A stretch of DNA of 25,929 bases. It comes from Bacilli bacterium (lineage in GTDB: Bacteria > Bacillota_I > Bacilli_A > RFN20 > CAG-826). Shown piece by piece: positions 10,501 to 14,857 of the stretch. Where the stretch lies: the NCBI GenBank assembly GCA_017551465.1, contig JAFZLN010000076.1:1-25929 (forward strand), given 5' to 3'. Each line of letters starts with the position of its first letter. Positions within the stretch are counted from its first letter, which is position 1. The position numbers were made by a program, and so were the translations under genes. The notes beneath the pieces were generated by a model that saw only the letters and a list, made by a program, of their open reading frames with translations, searched no databases and was not told the DNA's origin.

Positions 10501-13500
10501 AAGACGATATTACTTGTAATAACATCTTTTTCAAAATCCCATTTGGTTCCAGAAGCGGTATACCAGCCTTGGAAAATCCAACCGTCTCTAGTAGGATCCG
10601 CTGGTTTATCGTTATTGATGTTATGGCCATGTTCAACATCAACGATGCTTGTATATGTATCATCAACGCCATCACTATCTGAGTCATAACTCAAATTAAA
10701 GTTAACAGCGTATTTATCTAATTCGTTATGGATATTACCATGTTCAACCCATGCACCACTTTCTTTGACATAGAATGTCCATGTGGCCAAATCAATATAA
10801 GAATCGCCATCGATACCGTCATTATTATCTGGAGCACCTGTGCCAGTAGTTACTGAAGTACCATCATTGCCTTTGATAATGCCTTTAGATATCCAAGCAC
10901 CACTTTCTTTAATGAAGTATTCCCAAGTAGTTGTATTGATATATGAGTCACCATCAACACCTTCAGTGGTTGGGTCTACTGTACCAGTAAGAAGACTGCT
11001 ACCATTGGTGCCATCCGCACCATTAGCGCCGTTATAAACAGTGATTACTAATGTATTACCATCAGAGAATGTCACTGTGTAAGTATCGCTTGTACCCGCA
11101 ACACCTGTACCAGATGTAGAGATATCAGTAATGGTCACACTTGTACCATCAGCGCCATCCGCACCATTAAATGAGCCTTTAGATGTCCAGGTGTCTTCAG
11201 CGGTTTTCACGTAAAGTGTCCAAGAAGCAACATCGATATAGGAATCACCAACACTACCTAATGCACTGTTAGGAGCACCTGTACCAGTAAGAAGTGTCTT
11301 ACCATCTTGGCCATCAACACCATTAGCGCCATTAGTGACAGTGAATGTACTAGTTGTGCCGTTTGAATATGTAATTGTATATGTATCGACTGTACCAGGA
11401 GTACCATCACCATCGGTTCTAGTAATAGAAACAATGGAGACACCTTTGATATTACCTTTCTTAACCCAATAGCCATTTTCTTTAACGAAATAGTCCCAGC
11501 TTGTGGTGTTGATATAGGAGTCACCATCAACGCCTTGATCTGTTGGGTTAGTATCGCCAGTTAAAACAGCAGTGCCGTTTTTACCATTGGTGACAGTAAA
11601 TTGATATGGTTCACTACCATCGGTATAAGTAATTGTATATGTATATGTTAAGCCATCAGCGGCTGGGCCAGTCTTTGTAATACTAGCAATGCCACGACCG
11701 TCAGCGCCTTTAATATTGCCTTGTAATTCCCAGTTATTAGAAACTTTTAAATAATAGTTCCAAGTACTGGAATCGATATATGAGTCACCATCAACACCAC
11801 CTGTAGCGCCTGTTGGAGCACCAATACCCACTAAAATGGTATTGCCATTAGTACCATTATCGCCATTAGTGATTTCAAATGTTGAAGAAGTACCATCTGA
11901 ATAAGTAATTGTATATGTATCAACTAAACCATTGCTGCCTGTTTTTGCAACGCTAGAGACAGATACACCATCTGTTCCGGCAGAACCATTAGCGCCCGCG
12001 GTACCTTTTATATTTCCTTTAAATACCCATGCATCGTTTTCTTTAACAAAGTAATCCCAAGTAATAGTGTTGATATAAGAATCACCATTTTGACCTAAAT
12101 CATCACTTGGATTGCTTTCACCAGTTCTCATACATGTGCCATCAGCACCATCTTCACCGTTAACACCATTAGCCACTGTGTAATCGAAATGATTACCATC
12201 GGTAAAGAGAATACGATATGTGGTTTCTGTCGCGGTAGCGGCAGTAATGATAATGCTACTAATACCATTACCATCTGCGCCAGCTTGACCTTGTTGGCCA
12301 CTAGCAGAAGTACCGGTATCAACTCCATCAACAAACCAGTTGCCATTCGCACCAATTGTGATGACTGGTGTATGACCATCAGCACCATTTGTGCCATTTT
12401 GACCTGCTGCGCCTTGTGCACCAGTCGTGCCTGCAGCACCATTAACAACTTCAAATGTTGCGGTATCGCCGTTTGAGAATGTAATTGTGTATGTATCAAC
12501 TAAACCATTTTCACCAGTCTTAACACAGCTGACGACAGAGATGCTATCTCCAGTTTGTCCTTGACCGCCTTGAATATTGCCTTTAAGAACCCATACACCA
12601 TTTTCTTTTACATAGTAATTCCATGTAGAAGTATCGATGTAGGAGTCGTTATTATTACCTAAGCCTTGAGAAGGTGCACTGGCGCCTGTATAGATAGAGG
12701 CACCATTTTGGCCAGCTTGTCCTTGAGGACCAGTAGCGGAAACGCCTGTATCTGTATCACCAATCCACCAGTTACCATTATCACCAATATGTGGAGTGGT
12801 TCCATGAATACCTGCTGCACCATTTGGATCAGCTTGCCAACCGTTTTCATCTTTGACATAGACTGTACCTGTGTCTAAATCGATATATGTATCACCCACA
12901 TTGCCTTCTTTAGCGGCTATTGGGTTATTTGGATCAGAATTATCACCATTTGGATTACCATGGCCAGTAGCGACAGATGAACCACTATTACCATAAGCGG
13001 CTACGCCAGTATCGGTTTCACCAATCCACCAGTTACCATTGTTACCAATGTGTGGGGTTGTACCGTTAGTGCCGTTATTGCCTGCAATGTTGCCTTTTAA
13101 TACCCAAACACCGTTTTCTTTAACGTAGTAATTCCATGTATTTGTATCAATATAAGAATCCTTATCATTACCAAGAGTCTGGCTTGGTTCACCAGCACCA
13201 GTTAATAAACCTGTGCCTGGTTGACCTTGTGGGCCTTGAGGACCCATCATACTACCAATAGAGGTACCCCAACCGTTTTCGCCTTTAGTGTAGATTAAAC
13301 CAGTGGTTGTATCTAAATAGGAGTCACCGACTTTGCCTTGATTTTCGTTAGGCGCACCGGAACCAGTTAAGAAACTTGAACCTTGGTTGTTACCGATTGG
13401 TTGATTCCAACCGTTTTCACCTTTGACATAGATGTTACCTGTATTGGCGTCGATATATGAATCACCAACTTTTCCATCACTAGAGGAAGGTTCACCATTA

Positions 13501-14276
13501 CCCACTAAAACAGAGGCACCTTGATTATTGCCTATTGGTTGTCCCCAACCAGTTTCGTTTTTAACATAAATATTGCCAGTATCAACATCATAATATGTAT
13601 CACCAACACTACCTTCGTTAGGAGCGGGTTGACCATGTCCTGTCATTAAGGAGGTACCATCTTTACCTGTGGCTTTAAATGAGGTAACCACTCCGTTGAT
13701 GACCCAGTATCCTTCTTCGTTAATGGAAACTGTTGGTGTCACACCATTTTCACCAGGTTGACCTTGGATACCTTGTGGACCTTCAGCACCATTAACCACA
13801 ATAAATGTGGATGTTGTGTTATCAGAATATGTAATTGTATATGTATCTATAAGACCACTTGTGTCTGTTTTTTCAATAGAAAGAATTGATCTAGGATCTT
13901 GTGGATTGATTTGTTCCACTGTTACGCCAGTATCAACACCGTTAACGATGAAATTACCATTATCGCCAACCTTAACATCAGGAATATAGCCATCAGTGCC
14001 TGGGAATGCATTAATACCATAATCCCCATTATTATTGGCAACGATAAATGTTGATGTAGTGCCATCTGTATAAGTAATGGTATATTCATCAATTAAGCCA
14101 TATGAATTAGTCTTTTCAATGCTATCAACTTCTCGTTTTTCTTTTTCTTGCTGTTGAGCATTCATGAAGTCTTTAATTGTGTGGCCTACGACTATGCCAG
14201 TGGCCACAGTCAGCGTCAACGCTGTCGTGGTAATAACTGTTACCAACGTTTTAAATAAAGATGATTTCTTGGCCAT
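1575..14276 (-). CDS. Giant (4233 aa) cell-surface protein: N-terminal membrane anchor, collagen/phage-fibre-like repeat stalk, InlB B-repeat, long BspA/LRR_5-type leucine-rich repeat array
   Basis: Uninterrupted 12.7-kb ORF with RBS GGGAG 7 nt upstream of the ATG. N-terminus MAKKSS is followed by a hydrophobic/Thr-rich stretch. There are dozens of 'IGxxAFxxCxxLxxIxLP' repeats. No C-terminal TM or LPxTG motif. Confidence 0.95.
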   Translation of the reverse strand: MAKKSSLFKTLVTVITTTALTLTVATGIVVGHTIKDFMNAQQQEKEKREVDSIEKTNSYGLIDEYTITYTDGTTSTFIVANNNGDYGINAFPGTDGYIPDVKVGDNGNFIVNGVDTGVTVEQINPQDPRSILSIEKTDTSGLIDTYTITYSDNTTSTFIVVNGAEGPQGIQGQPGENGVTPTVSINEEGYWVINGVVTSFKATGKDGTSLMTGHGQPAPNEGSVGDTYYDVDTGNIYVKNETGWGQPIGNNQGASVLVGNGEPSSSDGKVGDSYIDANTGNIYVKGENGWNQPIGNNQGSSFLTGSGAPNENQGKVGDSYLDTTTGLIYTKGENGWGTSIGSMMGPQGPQGQPGTGLLTGAGEPSQTLGNDKDSYIDTNTWNYYVKENGVWVLKGNIAGNNGTNGTTPHIGNNGNWWIGETDTGVAAYGNSGSSVATGHGNPNGDNSDPNNPIAAKEGNVGDTYIDLDTGTVYVKDENGWQADPNGAAGIHGTTPHIGDNGNWWIGDTDTGVSATGPQGQAGQNGASIYTGASAPSQGLGNNNDSYIDTSTWNYYVKENGVWVLKGNIQGGQGQTGDSISVVSCVKTGENGLVDTYTITFSNGDTATFEVVNGAAGTTGAQGAAGQNGTNGADGHTPVITIGANGNWFVDGVDTGTSASGQQGQAGADGNGISSIIITAATATETTYRILFTDGNHFDYTVANGVNGEDGADGTCMRTGESNPSDDLGQNGDSYINTITWDYFVKENDAWVFKGNIKGTAGANGSAGTDGVSVSSVAKTGSNGLVDTYTITYSDGTSSTFEITNGDNGTNGNTILVGIGAPTGATGGVDGDSYIDSSTWNYYLKVSNNWELQGNIKGADGRGIASITKTGPAADGLTYTYTITYTDGSEPYQFTVTNGKNGTAVLTGDTNPTDQGVDGDSYINTTSWDYFVKENGYWVKKGNIKGVSIVSITRTDGDGTPGTVDTYTITYSNGTTSTFTVTNGANGVDGQDGKTLLTGTGAPNSALGSVGDSYIDVASWTLYVKTAEDTWTSKGSFNGADGADGTSVTITDISTSGTGVAGTSDTYTVTFSDGNTLVITVYNGANGADGTNGSSLLTGTVDPTTEGVDGDSYINTTTWEYFIKESGAWISKGIIKGNDGTSVTTGTGAPDNNDGIDGDSYIDLATWTFYVKESGAWVEHGNIHNELDKYAVNFNLSYDSDSDGVDDTYTSIVDVEHGHNINNDKPADPTRDGWIFQGWYTASGTKWDFEKDVITSNIVLYAHWAKFKVENGVLVECTATGDVVIPDFFDGQFITAIGDNVFKDNTAITSVSLPSTVTSIGNSAFEGCTSLTSIIIPSSVETIGDNAFKGCSNLTYVYTGGANRANGGLKTIGESAFEDCSSLKNLVIPSSVTSIGDNAFKGCNALESLALPYIPNDTGSSITATWSTGHGKPDDSYNGSTVYLDEDTYKLWVRTNPSDPWSVVFDMWSPSAIKFGIGDGAPNNGDHTDEDGYINRLNGDIYAWTGSSYALYFNFMTYPAIGVPGIFAALPSTHCSIGALFGVNNDSLPASLKTVVLNGNTAIPENALNGCTHVENIVVSGKPSSIGAGAFQGCSSLRTITLPYVGGASYDLDTSLTYSYGHGEPAADYNASNVYLDLDTTNVWQYLNGAWECKIVWSSITSDTVYVDAGAPTITPSSNNDVYIDYLTGEMYGYNGSSWAVVARINELDQMGLLATPTGVTTTYFGYVFGAPDYNSQVSYVPASLETIILTGGNGANGDEITTGAFGGLASIQTIIIPNKIKRIYKYAFAAVELDSFVVPESVTNIAEDAFDHAIIRNLTIPFVGMGRTQGQQELGAIFGGYQKYIEKITLTGGNGVDGNIITQSAFSNCKALVSITLPDNITRIEREAFNHCEALTSITLPNTINYIGQYVFSYCTSLSYVGLPANLTAIDSFAFDNCSALEYIVLPEGLRTIGWYAFTHSGLKNIVIPSTVTRIGADSFSYCNKLTSVLVLDGADKIVESGAFRSCSNLKYVKFECAISSFGYAGGEWLSSYWNPFFGCNNLEYVDLGRDLLAPSDETDAALTPFYEFKNNASGEITGVFENFKHLKTVILPNTITKISEKTFKGCSSLTAITLPSELTDIDANAFEDCSNLAYVYFNKKLETIGNYAFAHCSNLKAISVPNSVSSIGKGAFEADKAWTHYGNLKHSYSPDATSIVVNTFDNRTTSGNDGDIFVCTDTDHSGYVYVRYGTGNDWKLKDKIHYGFASGTANPTPADAQANSMNLVYINTNTGEMLINCASTLENISLPFIGKDNGNNNNYNYIGYVFGTATYLDNRTYVPYSLKTIIINNANYIVSNAFNKCVSVETIVVNGMASSIGLAAFKECYSLKNISLPTTITAINMSAFSYCSSLVNFVIPSNVKTIGYSSFSNCESLETIYLPEGLTTIGRECFFNDVSLKSIYLPDSVTSVDICAFQECTALTSVRFSNNMDTISQQMFYGCTSLESIVVPSNIQRIDLNAFNGCTSLKYAFFEEGIKVIHEYAFQDCVSLTSITLPNSLTDVGRGVFYGCSSLESISLPWAGASYSWMGDMLADDNIAIGGAPDNSVGNNNDLLVDTTNKKIWRKIDGKWYSQLVFVHDGETEPGDITYGHGAPDSSSGNSFYADLDNFDFYEIDPVTPGVWHKIGNLDILFAKFAYIFVSPSGNSTFSTFNNDTLSNLKTVVITKGSYNQTYDRYFIQEDSFMGCADIEHISLPKDVYTIDDNAFKGCTSLKTVTFENNAILESFGRDSFKGCLSLTSIVIPDGVVYIFDNAFMDCTLLKYVVFQDNSHVETIYKQAFANCTSLESIIIPSSVTELQIGCFQSCSSLKSITVPFVGSNATSNEYAYLGHIFGATSYSGNNTYIPASLKTVEVTGNTDLGEYAFNNCQNIETILISGNPSQIGNRAFANTYALKTIKLPFIGRSADDTGSYGRLQYIFYGNVSSTIETIILMGANGTNRDVIPDYAFSGISGVKNYVLPENITTIGNSAFQSNTSLETFVIPNSVTTLGTYAFNYCSNLTYVKLSENLTTISNYSFRSCYKLNNVTISSNITSIGEYAFDSCNSLTSINFENGLLSIGRYAFYNCSALQAITLPSTLTTVDEYAFYRCSALMYVDLGNCSSLTTLGDYMFWDCSFLSNVKLSYGIKNIGQYAFSNCYALATIDVSSVQTFGRYSFYNCRGLTSLNFNSFTLIDQNAFEGCKSLSYVYFNFGNSTVRSIEQSAFRGCVSLKAIDLGNRSNRLAKLGRYAFDGCTSIESLVLPYLGETVDDNPYYLSELLGNDAANNIRNISLEDVHTVRNGAFNGLKSLETVSVRGNDCTSIGDEAFRSCPKLRSVNLPRCAYYGKYLCSGCVNLTYFYVSHSSSDGWEYVPDYCFYGCVSLTDVYMDHHMKSFGDYAFYGCTSFIEFRIYGDNLESIGDHAFENCINLSSFPFNGSWNKLHHIGEYAFQNTAFTSLTLKANDNLEIGRGAFADCSRLKYVYLQEGIKSIGNYAFANCSIKAIVLPSSAAISESVFYGCNELESVTIPTIGFDLDTNYPNYYFGSLFGSDEPSEEASNPCVPTSLKTVVVTGDGAVGYMAFANCNNIETIRFTGNPVSMASNIFSGCTSLKKVIVPYIGGGTVNGISGGTEELGIIYEWDLTPIANIKTNPSTTVKLGYVNYESYDSTPEYSVGDIYINPYSGEASRCTEVQDYLSEWGCWVYTWEEYTGDTGYVIPHKENGYWYVGTTNTGFAVGSSYNDVQYGNGDPNTYGAYIDSSTWYQTPYVDMDTGDFYGITSHTYGNNGDLYYRTDENILYRKYNDTWHVENAFGNVTTGDVAPDNANGDDGDQYINIATGDFYRKNAGVWELESNLLDQFTRFGYWFSAFTNLVGIPESFETVEIIGNITEIKAGTFANCEYIKEVILPDSVETIGNGAFAGCENLKSINMPTSLNSIGDSAFEECFALKIDLELTGVTIGKWAFYNTGITSLYLLDVNVVEEGAFAYCVKMEEMALIGTTNIGDWAFNECTTLKRVNINANSSINLSIGEHAFQGCYSLDDLFIHLSLITIKSLGAESFAECRSLPYIDLRNLDCDISDKAFRECTSLQYVYMSNSANITSIGEEAFAYCTSLSYAEIGAGVNNIKNEAFSNCVGLKTLNIKSTASITFGEDVFENCHSINKIYYISASANASEWTSKFYDNLQGYDKNYFKGATIVFSDGIAYLQKYDGTLAPQA
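1700..10480 (-). repeat. BspA/TpLRR-type (LRR_5) leucine-rich repeat array within the giant protein, interrupted by loop-out units
   Basis: Repeats of about 22-23 aa, such as SLPSTVTSIGNSAFEGCTSLTSI and TLPNTINYIGQYVFSYCTSLSYV. About ten variant units have the form LPF/YIG...FGYxFG...P.SLKTV. Confidence 0.9.
10487..10715 (-). other. InlB B-repeat (Listeria-Bacteroides repeat) domain between stalk and LRR array
   Basis: YAVNFN...KPADPTRDGWIFQGWYTASGTKWDFEKDVITSNIVLYAHW matches the PxxPTRxGYxFxGWY...WDF..D.V..NI.LYAxW signature. Confidence 0.85.
10730..14130 (-). repeat. Interleaved protein repeats forming the N-terminal stalk of the giant protein
   Basis: I counted 12 copies of 'TGxGxP....G..GDSYID..TW.YYVKE.G.W...GNI', 8 copies of 'SI.KT...GL.DTYTITYSDG.TSTF.V.NG' and 5 copies of 'TP.IG.NGNWWIG.TDTG'. 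Short Gly-X-Y runs (GAEGPQGIQGQPGENG; GAAGTTGAQGAAGQNGTNGADG) separate them. Confidence 0.85.
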
Positions 14277-14419
14277 ATTGTTCTCCCTTCGGCTAGTAGC
14301 CTAATCGAGACATAGCGGCATTGATGAAAAAATAAAAAGAAATGAAAAAATCATTTGTTGATATGTGCCATCTATCAGCTATGTTGTTGTCTCGCCTTCA
14401 CTATTGCATATATTTCGTT

Positions 14420-14475
14420 AAAAAAAAGACCGATTTTAAGTTATTGCAAACAAACTAAGCTAAATCGATCTTTTT
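14420..14475 (-). terminator. Terminator-like hairpin inside the leader of the giant gene (candidate attenuator)
   Basis: Minus-strand AAAAAGAUCGAUUU pairs with AAAAUCGGUCUUUUU, with a G-U pair that forms only on this strand. It ends in 8 U and lies about 145 nt upstream of the giant gene ATG. Confidence 0.6.
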
Positions 14476-14573
14476 GTTGGGAATTCAAAACGTGAAAAGG
14501 GAAAGAAAAAACGACCACAAAAGAGACAATGTGTAGTGGTTTTGTTAATGTCAAAAATTAGTTTCTCCTTCAT
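14460..14573 (-). CDS. Possible 37-aa upstream ORF / leader peptide MKEKLIFDINKTTTHCLFCGRFFFPFSRFEFPTKRSI
   Basis: ATG at 14573 is preceded by GAGGA-CAAT, and the TAG is at 14460-14462. The ORF is below the track cutoff. RBS spacing is short and coding status is unproven. Confidence 0.3.
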   Translation of the reverse strand: MKEKLIFDINKTTTHCLFCGRFFFPFSRFEFPTKRSI

Positions 14574-14726
14574 ATTGTCCTCATTCCAATACTTAATAGT
14601 TTAGACATAACCTACGCTACACGATAGAATCGTAGACAAAAACAGTTTTCTTACAACGTTGTTACATATGTAAATTTGTGTCTAATTGTCATTTTATTTT
14701 CTTTTAATTATCCTCTCACGCGTGCT

Positions 14727-14759
14727 ATTATAAAAGGTTAAAAATCATAATTGATTTTT
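14727..14759 (-). promoter_or_regulatory. Candidate sigma70-type -10 (TATAAT) with an 8-4-8 inverted repeat over the -35 region
   Basis: TATAAT lies at 14727-14732 on the minus strand, just downstream of the GH3 terminator. AAAAATCA-TAAT-TGATTTTT occupies 14740-14759. No good TTGACA at 17 bp. Confidence 0.4.
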
Positions 14760-14803
14760 TTATAGAAATAATCAGTCTTTTTAAAATTTTATTATGGAAT
14801 AAT

Positions 14804-14845
14804 AACAAAAAAGCGAACCTCGTAATGAAGTTCGCTATTTTTGTT
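14804..14845 (-). terminator. Intrinsic terminator ending the GH3 cluster
   Basis: Minus-strand stem AGCGAACUUC-AUUAC-GAGGUUCGCU (one G-U) followed by UUUUUGUUAUU, about 20 nt after the stop at 14858. Confidence 0.85.
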
Positions 14846-14857
14846 TTAGCTATTTGC

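Noticed and set aside
10730-14130. Prophage or tail-fibre gene call for the stalk region
   Set aside because: The repeats are fused in frame to a membrane anchor and LRR array, and no capsid, terminase, integrase or lysis genes are present.
1575-14276. Diversity-generating retroelement target or phase-variable cassette
   Set aside because: There is no reverse transcriptase or recombinase, no template/variable repeat pair with A-specific mismatches, and no long homopolymer slip tract noticed in the CDS.
14526-14554. Promoter TTGACA-17-CATTGT on the minus strand
   Set aside because: The -35 is perfect but the -10 matches only 3 of 6 positions, and the site lies inside the uORF. It is not supportable without TSS data, although if real it would weaken the uORF model.
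14632-14692. 13-aa minus-strand mini-ORF MTIRHKFTYVTTL as a Thr leader peptide
   Set aside because: The nearest SD (GAGAGGA) is about 18 nt away, and the downstream gene has no link to threonine metabolism.
14277-14800. Known riboswitch or T-box in the giant-gene leader
   Set aside because: By eye I found no GEMM (GGCAAAC..GAAA..GACGCAAAG), c-di-GMP-II, ydaO or T-box (GGTGGTACCGCG) consensus. An Rfam scan is still needed.
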